In this document: in pieces, positions 15,042-23,874 of the stretch | How positions within the stretch are numbered: position 1 is the first letter of the stretch | Layout: each line of letters begins with the position of its first letter | From: a virus | Lineage: Duplodnaviria > Caudoviricetes | DNA: 29,327 nt | IMG/VR virus record: IMGVR_UViG_3300021424_002358 | Span: 1 to 29,327 of that record | Reading direction: 5' to 3' (one strand) | Program-made: the position numbers and the translations under genes | Notes under the pieces: generated by a model | The model's database searches: none | Told to the model about the DNA's origin: nothing | What the model saw: the letters and a program-made list of their open reading frames with translations, nothing else

Positions 15042-18000
15042 GAAACCCCAATTCCTGCGGAACTAGATCCCGCTCCAACAGAACCAACAAAGACTTTAGT
15101 TGTTGAGCTTGTAGTTCCTAATCCTTTAAATAAAGAAGATTCAATGTTTATAGTTTCAATTCTTAATTTTAAATATTTTGAATCTATTGGGTCGTTTGGA
15201 TTGACATAGCTTCCAGTACGAGGAATCTTAGTAGAGAAATCAACCTTCAAATATCTTCCATTCCTAGAAGGTTTTGTAGTTGTCAGCATAAACTTTTTTC
15301 CGTTATACCCAGTGGGATAAAAGATTGAGGTTTTTAATTGTACATCTAAGTTGTCAAAATCAGAATCATCGCTAGAATAAATTTCATCATATCTAAAGGT
15401 TAAATTATTTTTGTCTTCATACAAGTTTCCAGTCAAAATGATGTCCGCTATTCTTGCATAGTTATTTGGATTTTGAATAGTTAAAAATGGTTTTTCAGTA
15501 GTCTCAAAAACTGCTCCATAATTATAAAGTTTCATGTCTAACTTTTCTCCAACAACAAATTCGTTATCTAATGGGAAAGTTGTAGAAGTAGTGAAATAGG
15601 CATAATACATTGAACCATCTCCACTTTGAGTAGTGAAATTATTTCCAGAGAACAAAAGCAAAGGTGGATTTTTTTGTATAAATCCAGAAGAAGGTGGATT
15701 TACAATTGCATTATTGCCTGTCCAATAATTTTCTGTTGAAGCAGTTGGATTTACTAAAATTTGCACTCCTGTAACTTGACCTACATATGGAGGTATAAAT
15801 GAAACTAAAGCATTTATAGTAGGGACTCCTGCTCCTCCATTTGATAAGCTAATATCAATAGGAGAGAATGTATAACCTGCACCACCACTAATAATACTAT
15901 AACTAGTAATGTTTGCTCCGGGTTGATTATAGAAATCTATCTTTGCGCGTTTTTTATTGAATTGAAAATTAGTTGGGAAAGCTTCAACAACTGATCCATC
16001 TACTTTAGAAAAGAAGTCTACTCCAGTTAAAAATCTAACGCCATCACCATTAAAAGAAATCACAGAACCATCCCAGCCACTAACTTGCGTAGTTCCATCT
16101 AAGCGATAAGTTAAATTATTATTTAAATAAGCATCGTTGATCTTTATGAAAGGAATGTAATTAAAATTACCAGTAACTGGATATTCTTCTCCTAAATAAG
16201 TTTGCAAATAAAACATCCCTGAAACTGGTCTTACATCTTCTACATCTTTACCATGTAAATTTCTGCCAGCCATTGATGGAGGATAGAATTTTAATGTGCC
16301 ATAATCTTTATAGGTTACGCTGCTATTTATATCTCTAGCGTCAGTGACTACAGATATACCAGATTTAAAACCTGCTGCTAGATAAGGGAACGATATAGCA
16401 ATACTCCCAGAAGCACCTCTTATAAGAGTACCCGCTCCCTCAAATCTAATTCCTGTTACATAATTAAGATTTTCTCCAGTTAATGTAACTAAAGATCGGT
16501 ATGTTCCAGTTAAGATATTTAATGGTGAAGTTGATATAGAAGGGGGTTTAATTGTAATTGTTTTATAAAGCCTATCAGCATCGAAACTATTTCTTTGGAA
16601 GAAAATCTGACCACTTCCAATATACCCATCTAATGTAATGTAGCTATTTACACTTACAGTAGTCCCTATTCCAATTATATCTGCTCCACTTATTAAAAGA
16701 TCTAAATCTGGGATTTGAGAAGAAACATCTGAGACGATGTTTAGATTACCAGACAAAATAGAATATCCAGTATAAGGTTGAGCCATTCCAGAAAGAGTCG
16801 AAATATCAACTACTGTCATAGCTTGAGATATTAAATACTGCCCAGTTTTATTAGTGAGTAAATTAAAACCGCTGATATATAAATCTCTAGTTTGAAATCT
16901 ATGAGCGTTTATTCCTGTGATAACGATTCCGTCTCTTGTCCTATAAGTGTTTACATTTGAACCTGAGATTGTTGTACTTGGAATAAATGATGGAGAATAA
17001 CCTTTCTTTTCAACTGTTGTTCCAGAGTTAAAAAATCTAAATACCCCTTTCTTTACCTCTCTTGGAACGCTGACTAAAACTCCAGTTGATGTTGGAGGTG
17101 TTACATGAGGATATTTTATTATTTCATTATTAAATCCAACACCGTAAAAATCAAGAGCAGCTAAGTTACTACCGGATAAACTTATTGAGTCTCCAAAATA
17201 AGCAGAGTTTGGACTTATTCTTGAAATAATTGGATTAATAAAAGTAAAAGATTGAGTAGTCGTAACCGTTGTGCTGCCATTAACGATAATTGGACCATCA
17301 GTTATATCAAAAACTTGAGGTATATAAAAACTTAGTCCACTTATGCTTTGCCTCCTAAATGCAGTTATAACTTTATAAGCTCCATCTTGCCTTCCAAGTT
17401 CGACTGAAGTTACAGTATTCATGAACTTACCTGACATTGTAATTAAAGTATCTGTCACGCCAGTAGTTGGCGAAAATCCGTCAACGATAAGAGTTCCGCT
17501 CTTCACGGGTAAACCACTAGGATATGTATATATATAATAATTAGAATTAATTGTTAAAAAATTGCCATCTTCAGCGAAATTAGGAACCGTAAATACTATT
17601 TTTTGATCAAATTCAGAACCATTTTGAGATATGGTATAATTATTAACATTGTAATCTCCTATATTTATTGAACCCACATAATAAATATCAGACCCATATC
17701 CAGTAGCCAATTGCCCTTGCTCCAATAAAGCTGGATAAATTTCTGTGATAGTTGGAGTCTTTAAAAATGTGAAAGTCTTATCAAATCCTCCAGTGATTCT
17801 TGAGTTAGAATTATCTATAACTAAGTTAGATTTTCTAATAGAATTTAAATTAGGAGTATTAAGACTTAAGTATCCAAAGCTTCTTACATTGTCATCTATT
17901 AATCCGCCGTTAGCATGAATTAAGATTTCAGTATTTAAATTATTTTTAGCTCTTCTAATTGGCGCAAAATTTGAATATTGATAAGGATTTTCTCTAACAA

Positions 18001-20545
18001 CTTTAATTTCATCTATATAGCCGCTCCAATAACTAGATGAAGTGTTCGCATAATCTCTACCAATATAAATATCAAATATTGGTTTGCTTAAACTCTTATC
18101 ACTATTTAAACTAAAATCTAAATTAGAAGTAGCAAAATCTAAAGTGTATTGATCTCCACTTAAATTCATTGGAGAACCATTTAATAAGATTTTACCACTA
18201 ATTGTGCTTTGATTTATATAACTCTTTGAGATAGACAAGTGATTCCAATCATTTGTATTTATTTGTCCTGAAAAATTAGAAGTAAAACCATCCCAATCAA
18301 TGCCAGAGACTACTACTTTATTAGATGTAACGAATACGTTTAAGCCGCTTTGACTTCCTATTAAAAACTTTTTATCAGAAACAGAAAAAGAAACCAAAGG
18401 TTTAAAATCTAATTCAATGGCAAAAGTATTTCCATAACTTAATGGTACGTTTGGATAAGTGCCCGTAATAGCAAATTTTATATATGGACCGGGGCTACCA
18501 GAAAAAAGGAAACTCCTATCATCGTACTTAGAAGTATTGTTGCTTATTTTTACTGAGTTAGAAACTGTTAATTGTTTTTGATTTCTAAAAGTTGACTGAT
18601 AAGAATAACTATTCGCATTTTCTGTAGCTTCGACAATCGAAGCTTCATCACCAGTGTCTTGGAATAAAAACTGTGAATTTGGATAAATATTGTGACCAAG
18701 CACTTCAATAAATCCGCCTATATAATTTTCAAATGTTGATACATTTTTTATTGCTGGGGGTCCTTTTATTACTTCAAAATTCTTAAATAAGAAATTTCTT
18801 CCTCCTGTGTTTTGTATTGTTATATCATAACATCCAGCATCTGCATTTGTGCCGGTAAAAGTTAAACTAGTATTACTGGAATTTTTAACAAAGCTTAAAA
18901 TTGGAAAAACTTTATTATGAATGCCATAATTATAATCTTCTACATATCCAGATATTTCTCTTATTTGTGATAATTGAGTTCTGTCCCCTCTATAATCATA
19001 ATCAGAATAATTTCCCTGAAGCAATAACTTTGTATTTGGGATATCAAATAATCCAGAACCAGTAATGACTTGCTCAATAGAATTATATAATCCAACTCCC
19101 TTAACAATTCTAAAATCTTCTATGTATCCAGAAAATGGGTTAACGCCATAAGTTCCATAAGAGCCTACATTATGGGTTCCAATAAATAACCCGCTACCCG
19201 CTGTTATTGTATATGGAGTACCTGCTGACGCTGTTCCATAGGTTTGTCTATTATTACCGCTAATAGCATAGAAAGTATCTCCATTTGCAGAAGTTCTAGA
19301 AATTATTACTTTTGTCCATTGATTTGCGGGAATTTGAGAAGTAGAGATATTTAATTTTGCTACATTGCTTGCATAAAAAGTCCAATTTGCACTTGCAGCA
19401 GCTTTAAAAAAATAAAATCCATTTCCATCCCAACCTTGATCTTGGAACATGTCAATCCTTTGGGCCGTGGTATAAGGCATTGGATTAACAGAAAATTCAA
19501 TAGTAAAAGGATCAACACCAAAACTAAAATCTCCACCTGAAGGAGATGGAATTCTTAAATAAGAACTGCCGCTAAATAATAATGATTTTCCAAAAAGCCC
19601 AACTGTTGAACTTCTAACCCCGCTATTTAATATTGTTTTAGGTTCTCTATAGTTTAAACCGCTTAATACTATTCCTGTTACATAAGTAAAATTTTTCCCG
19701 ATTGCGATATTAGATTCTCCTGAATTTAAATAAAAATTTAAAGCATTAAAGACTTGTGGAGATCTTAAAACTCCAATTTCATTTTTAGAAGTAAAAGACG
19801 TATTGTCTTTAGAATTTATTGTTATAAATCCTTGATTAGCGTTTGTAGGTACAATTCCAGAAATTAAATCTCCAACACCAGTAAACCTAGCAGTAACAAA
19901 TCCTGTTATATTATTATCTACTGAAGTAGTAAAATTAACTGGGAAATAGCTTTCATTTACATAAGATAAATTAAAATTCTTACCAGATATCTTTAATAAA
20001 TCTCCTTCGTATGGTAGATTATCACTAAATCCGCTTATGAAAATTCTTCCGAAAAAGTTAAAATCACTAATAGTAGAAACAATTCCTGTATTATTATATC
20101 CACTAACTCTAATTGGTCCAGTAGTATATCCGCTTGGAACTTTAACTAATAGAACTCCGCTATCTGGTTGGTAAGAAATGTTTGTGCCGGTGATATTATT
20201 GAAAGCTACATATTGAACTCCGCTTAATGATTTACCACTGATAGCAACAAATTCTCCTACTTCTTGAGTTTGAGGAATAACTGCATCTAATCTTGGAATT
20301 GGATAAAAATCAACTCCACTAACAAACATTGGAGAAGAAAGTGTATTACCTGTGATAAAATAAAAATTTACTTGCCCAAATAATATATTTTCTGGTACAT
20401 TAAATTCAATATATTCTGGAGTAGCATCATAATAAGAAAAATCAATAAATCCAGCACCGGGGACTTGCAAGCCACTAACGGCATAAAGACCTGCGCCCGT
20501 GACACGCATTCTTTGATTTATTAAACCTGTATTGTAACTTGGCAT
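15038..20545 (-). CDS. large virion adhesin / tail-associated protein with IPT/TIG repeats and two LamG (ConA-like) domains
   Basis: About 9-10 repeats of the type P.I..i.P....G..i.i.G.N....v...VP. LamG motifs FGKSLLFSG..DFSFG..FTIEF..FSGYIEDFRIVKG and RSFLFSG..FAIELDF..WSGYIDEIKVV. Confidence 0.75.
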   Translation of the reverse strand: MPSYNTGLINQRMRVTGAGLYAVSGLQVPGAGFIDFSYYDATPEYIEFNVPENILFGQVNFYFITGNTLSSPMFVSGVDFYPIPRLDAVIPQTQEVGEFVAISGKSLSGVQYVAFNNITGTNISYQPDSGVLLVKVPSGYTTGPIRVSGYNNTGIVSTISDFNFFGRIFISGFSDNLPYEGDLLKISGKNFNLSYVNESYFPVNFTTSVDNNITGFVTARFTGVGDLISGIVPTNANQGFITINSKDNTSFTSKNEIGVLRSPQVFNALNFYLNSGESNIAIGKNFTYVTGIVLSGLNYREPKTILNSGVRSSTVGLFGKSLLFSGSSYLRIPSPSGGDFSFGVDPFTIEFSVNPMPYTTAQRIDMFQDQGWDGNGFYFFKAAASANWTFYASNVAKLNISTSQIPANQWTKVIISRTSANGDTFYAISGNNRQTYGTASAGTPYTITAGSGLFIGTHNVGSYGTYGVNPFSGYIEDFRIVKGVGLYNSIEQVITGSGLFDIPNTKLLLQGNYSDYDYRGDRTQLSQIREISGYVEDYNYGIHNKVFPILSFVKNSSNTSLTFTGTNADAGCYDITIQNTGGRNFLFKNFEVIKGPPAIKNVSTFENYIGGFIEVLGHNIYPNSQFLFQDTGDEASIVEATENANSYSYQSTFRNQKQLTVSNSVKISNNTSKYDDRSFLFSGSPGPYIKFAITGTYPNVPLSYGNTFAIELDFKPLVSFSVSDKKFLIGSQSGLNVFVTSNKVVVSGIDWDGFTSNFSGQINTNDWNHLSISKSYINQSTISGKILLNGSPMNLSGDQYTLDFATSNLDFSLNSDKSLSKPIFDIYIGRDYANTSSSYWSGYIDEIKVVRENPYQYSNFAPIRRAKNNLNTEILIHANGGLIDDNVRSFGYLSLNTPNLNSIRKSNLVIDNSNSRITGGFDKTFTFLKTPTITEIYPALLEQGQLATGYGSDIYYVGSINIGDYNVNNYTISQNGSEFDQKIVFTVPNFAEDGNFLTINSNYYIYTYPSGLPVKSGTLIVDGFSPTTGVTDTLITMSGKFMNTVTSVELGRQDGAYKVITAFRRQSISGLSFYIPQVFDITDGPIIVNGSTTVTTTQSFTFINPIISRISPNSAYFGDSISLSGSNLAALDFYGVGFNNEIIKYPHVTPPTSTGVLVSVPREVKKGVFRFFNSGTTVEKKGYSPSFIPSTTISGSNVNTYRTRDGIVITGINAHRFQTRDLYISGFNLLTNKTGQYLISQAMTVVDISTLSGMAQPYTGYSILSGNLNIVSDVSSQIPDLDLLISGADIIGIGTTVSVNSYITLDGYIGSGQIFFQRNSFDADRLYKTITIKPPSISTSPLNILTGTYRSLVTLTGENLNYVTGIRFEGAGTLIRGASGSIAISFPYLAAGFKSGISVVTDARDINSSVTYKDYGTLKFYPPSMAGRNLHGKDVEDVRPVSGMFYLQTYLGEEYPVTGNFNYIPFIKINDAYLNNNLTYRLDGTTQVSGWDGSVISFNGDGVRFLTGVDFFSKVDGSVVEAFPTNFQFNKKRAKIDFYNQPGANITSYSIISGGAGYTFSPIDISLSNGGAGVPTINALVSFIPPYVGQVTGVQILVNPTASTENYWTGNNAIVNPPSSGFIQKNPPLLLFSGNNFTTQSGDGSMYYAYFTTSTTFPLDNEFVVGEKLDMKLYNYGAVFETTEKPFLTIQNPNNYARIADIILTGNLYEDKNNLTFRYDEIYSSDDSDFDNLDVQLKTSIFYPTGYNGKKFMLTTTKPSRNGRYLKVDFSTKIPRTGSYVNPNDPIDSKYLKLRIETINIESSLFKGLGTTSSTTKVFVGSVGAGSSSAGIGVS

Positions 20546-20546
20546 A

Positions 20547-21626
20547 TTATAGTCTTTCGAAATTTATAGATAATCTTATGTCGTTTTCATTTACGCTTGT
20601 TTTGAAATTAAATATTGAAGAAAAACTAGTTTCTTCTGTTTCAATGTATATTGGCGCTGCGCCTTTTAATTGTGCTGGAGCCACAGCAGTTAATAAAGAA
20701 GTAGATGCGACGTTAAAAGAAGATGCCTCAGTGTTGCCAAAAAAGATTTTTTTTACATTAATAAAGTTACTGCCATTTATTGTAACCGTGCCTCCCGGTA
20801 AAATGACTCTCGGAGTAAAATCTGTTATTACTGGTCTAAAATGAGAGAAGTCTTGTCTTAAAGAAAACTCTGATCTTACATAACCTTGAGCTTCAACTGA
20901 AGATCTTTTTGAAGACACAACTCCTGCAAAAGATAGAGTATCTAATGGTTGCGCTCCAGTTTGCAAAGAAACATAAAAAGAACAAGGTACTCCTGAATAA
21001 GGTAGTGACGTATTGAAATTATCTATTTCAAAAGAAAGCGTTTGAGATCTTTTTCCTAGATAAGCTCTTCCACTTTGATCAAAAGTAGAAGCTCCTTCTT
21101 TATTGTATTTTTCTACTTCTCTTTGGTATTGATAACTAAAATTACTAAAATTATATCCATTAGAATCAAATGGAACACCATCTAAATTACCAGATAGATA
21201 AAAATTTGAAAAGTTTAATGGAGTAATTTCTGGTTGATTAGTTGGAGTAACAGCAGAAAAAGAACCCTTCAAAGTTTCAAACACCTTAAGCTCAAGATCC
21301 ACTTTAGCTAAAGAGTCTGGAGATCCTTTTAATGAATAGTTAGTAATGTATCCATTTTCGAAATAAAGACCGCAAAAATTACCAGAAATTCCTTGTTCTG
21401 AGTTCGCTCCTAATAAGTATTCTTTTACAAAATCTTTTCCTGTTAGGTAATATGAAATTGAAAAACTAGTATCAACAGTATTTTCTGAAGCATAACTGTA
21501 TGAATTCTTTTTAAATTCTTCATTAAATACCGGAGATAACGAAGTGTCAAGAGACATGTTTACATTAGTGGCTAATATATCAACACCACTTAATTTAAAT
21601 GTACAATTTTTATAGTTGAAAAACAT
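20547..21626 (-). CDS. tail tube-like protein (internally duplicated) with C-terminal IPT/TIG domain
   Basis: Beta-rich, paralogous to the two upstream ORFs (GYITNYSL vs GYLTSYTC). C-terminal PVITDFTPRVILPGGTVTINGSNF..FG..LTAVAP is an IPT/TIG domain. Confidence 0.6.
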   Translation of the reverse strand: MFFNYKNCTFKLSGVDILATNVNMSLDTSLSPVFNEEFKKNSYSYASENTVDTSFSISYYLTGKDFVKEYLLGANSEQGISGNFCGLYFENGYITNYSLKGSPDSLAKVDLELKVFETLKGSFSAVTPTNQPEITPLNFSNFYLSGNLDGVPFDSNGYNFSNFSYQYQREVEKYNKEGASTFDQSGRAYLGKRSQTLSFEIDNFNTSLPYSGVPCSFYVSLQTGAQPLDTLSFAGVVSSKRSSVEAQGYVRSEFSLRQDFSHFRPVITDFTPRVILPGGTVTINGSNFINVKKIFFGNTEASSFNVASTSLLTAVAPAQLKGAAPIYIETEETSFSSIFNFKTSVNENDIRLSINFERL

Positions 21627-22430
21627 TTAGAAGCTCCTTTTTAATGATATTTTATTTTTGACAAAATCATCAAGATTAATTGAAACGTCCGAAGAATCAA
21701 TTTTAGCTCCTGATGTATTTAAAATCATAATAGACTGGTCTCCAAAAGTAGTTATATTAATCTTTGCATTTTCTGCTGTAGCTAAAGCAGTATTAGAAAA
21801 GTTCGAATTAGCATCTTCTAATGTGAAATTAAATGTTTCTTGTCCCGCAGATAGGTCAACCTGCCTTGGCCTTCTTTGCCCAACTGAATAAATTGGATTC
21901 CAATTTATAGACAAGTCATAAGCACAATCTAAAACATTATAAACCCCAGCAGCCCCTGACACTTTAGCATTCCATGAATGTGCTATTCCAGAACCGCTAT
22001 TTAAATTATTAACAGCTAATTTGTTAGCTATAGAACCAGAAAGGTCAGAAAAGCTAGAAAAAGAAACAGATGCTTGGACTTTAGAATTCGGATTTATTGC
22101 TAACCCAAATCTAGAAGGGTAAAAAGAACCGGTAATACCAGCTATTACAACTTGAACTGGAATAATTGTTTCTGGGAAGCTATTAGCGAAGACCCCTGTT
22201 TTTACATAATCAAATGATTTATAAATAGGATCTGAAATATTCGGGAAATAAGTAAAATCTATATTTGTTTCATCTGCTTTAGTTTTTACTACCTGAGAAG
22301 AGTTTTGTCTACCGATTACATAAGTAGAGTTTATATTTCTAGAGATGCCAATAGATGCATTTTGAGCCAGAACTACTCCTGACCCAAAATGCGAATTAAA
22401 AACTACTTCACATTCATTAAAATATTTCAT
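21627..22430 (-). CDS. tail tube-like protein (internally duplicated)
   Basis: Two similar halves (NINSTYVIGR / NWNPIYSVGQRRP), a tube-protein-like loop motif. Confidence 0.55.
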   Translation of the reverse strand: MKYFNECEVVFNSHFGSGVVLAQNASIGISRNINSTYVIGRQNSSQVVKTKADETNIDFTYFPNISDPIYKSFDYVKTGVFANSFPETIIPVQVVIAGITGSFYPSRFGLAINPNSKVQASVSFSSFSDLSGSIANKLAVNNLNSGSGIAHSWNAKVSGAAGVYNVLDCAYDLSINWNPIYSVGQRRPRQVDLSAGQETFNFTLEDANSNFSNTALATAENAKINITTFGDQSIMILNTSGAKIDSSDVSINLDDFVKNKISLKRSF

Positions 22431-22439
22431 CCTTTTACC

Positions 22440-23258
22440 TTATTTCAAATACCCTCTGTACCTTACCGTTATACCTACAGGAGAATTTACACTAGCGGAT
22501 AAGTCTTCGGAAAAATCAATAAAATAGCATAATGAGTTACCAAAATTAAAATTTACTGAATTTCCATTAAAATCTTTAGTATTAATGTAAAAATTACTTA
22601 TATTTTTTAAATTGTAAGACAAGTCTGATAGTTTTTGTAATGAATAACTATCTTGAGTTATATTAAATTCACAACTTACCTCAAGAGGATAGATTGTTTT
22701 TACAGAAAATGGAGCAGAAGATCCTAGGTAATATGCGGGGCTTCTATTGGCGTTAATATTTAAATTGAATGAATTAACTCTGTTTGTCGTAAAATCTCCA
22801 ATTCCTATATCTATCGTATTAGAATTAACTAAAGAAACCGCATTAGATTGGTTAAAAGAACCTGCGGAAGCTATTGATCCTGCATCATTATAAACTTCAA
22901 AATTAGCTCTTACTGTAGGGACTTCTCCGATTTGAGCCCCACAAGTGTAAGAAGTTAAGTAACCGCTTTGAAATCCAAACAATATATTAGAACTTGGGTT
23001 TGCTTTTTTAGTTACGAATCCATAAACTCCGACTTCTCCGGTATAAGCTAGGAAATCATTTGTTGTTGTTAATAAGCTGGTTACAGATAAAGAGCCAGCC
23101 TTTACTCCCTCTGGAGCATAAAAGCTGCTATTCATACCAAGATATTTGATATGTTGTACTGGCATTTGATAGGACGCTTGAATGTCCTGAACGCCATGAA
23201 CTTGGGTTTGATTTAAGTAAAAATCCAAGTTCTGTTTATTTAGTCGAGATAATGCCAT
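22440..23258 (-). CDS. tail tube-like protein (internally duplicated)
   Basis: VHGVQDIQASY..HIKYLG and RVNSFNLNINANRSPAYYLGSSAP; GYLTSYTCGAQIGEVPTVRANF. Confidence 0.55.
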   Translation of the reverse strand: MALSRLNKQNLDFYLNQTQVHGVQDIQASYQMPVQHIKYLGMNSSFYAPEGVKAGSLSVTSLLTTTNDFLAYTGEVGVYGFVTKKANPSSNILFGFQSGYLTSYTCGAQIGEVPTVRANFEVYNDAGSIASAGSFNQSNAVSLVNSNTIDIGIGDFTTNRVNSFNLNINANRSPAYYLGSSAPFSVKTIYPLEVSCEFNITQDSYSLQKLSDLSYNLKNISNFYINTKDFNGNSVNFNFGNSLCYFIDFSEDLSASVNSPVGITVRYRGYLK

Positions 23259-23271
23259 CTTATTTTAATAT

Positions 23272-23289
23272 TTACACAAAAAAGTGTAA
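23272..23289. promoter_or_regulatory. palindrome TTACAC-A6-GTGTAA in divergent intergenic region (back-to-back promoters or operator)
   Basis: Perfect 6-bp inverted repeat between two divergent structural operons. Each GTGTAA points toward one operon and is followed by an AT-rich run. Confidence 0.55.
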
Positions 23290-23316
23290 TAATAAGTTGA
23301 TAAAAGGTAAAAGGAT

Positions 23317-23871
23317 ATGTCTAGCTCTATTTTTAACATCAGCGCATGGAACCAATCTGCTGTATACAATAAGCATGATATTATTGTATATACAGATAAT
23401 CGATATTATTATGCCAAAGAGGCGGTTCCAGCGAACAATCCACCTGTATATTCTAGCGTAATATCTAATTCTAATGCTTATTGGGGTGGTTACTATCAAC
23501 ATCCATTAGTAAAAAAAGACTATCCTTTTTTTATTTGGAAGCCTTCTTACCAAACTCAAGCTAGTTTTGATCCAAAAGTTAATGTTATTAAGTATGGAGA
23601 TGGTTATGAAAAGAGAGTAAGCGATCAGATTAACTTTAATCTTCTTAACTTCGATCTCAACTTTGATGGATTAACTTTAGATGAATGCACTGCTATCCTT
23701 CATTTCTTAAGTGCAAGATCAGCTAAAACCGCTTTTATATATTACCCATCTGCTCCGTATTTAGTAGCAAGCACAGATGCTAAATTATTCGTATGCAGAA
23801 GGTGGAGTTCCTCTAATCCATTTTTCAATAATTTCTCTATAAAAGCAACATTTGAAGAAGTACCAGCATAA
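23317..23871 (+). CDS. lambda gpM-like distal tail protein with N-terminal CBM5/12-like module
   Basis: FIWKPSY, PKVNVIKYGDGYEKR..INF, ILHFLSAR, FVCRRW (gpM). N-terminal WNQSAVYNKHDIIVY....YYYA. Confidence 0.85.
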   Translation: MSSSIFNISAWNQSAVYNKHDIIVYTDNRYYYAKEAVPANNPPVYSSVISNSNAYWGGYYQHPLVKKDYPFFIWKPSYQTQASFDPKVNVIKYGDGYEKRVSDQINFNLLNFDLNFDGLTLDECTAILHFLSARSAKTAFIYYPSAPYLVASTDAKLFVCRRWSSSNPFFNNFSIKATFEEVPA

Positions 23872-23874
23872 TTT

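Noticed and set aside
15030-15050. Intrinsic terminator at the convergent junction
   Set aside because: The two stop codons overlap (TTAA, 15038-15041) and I saw no convincing hairpin with a U-tract.
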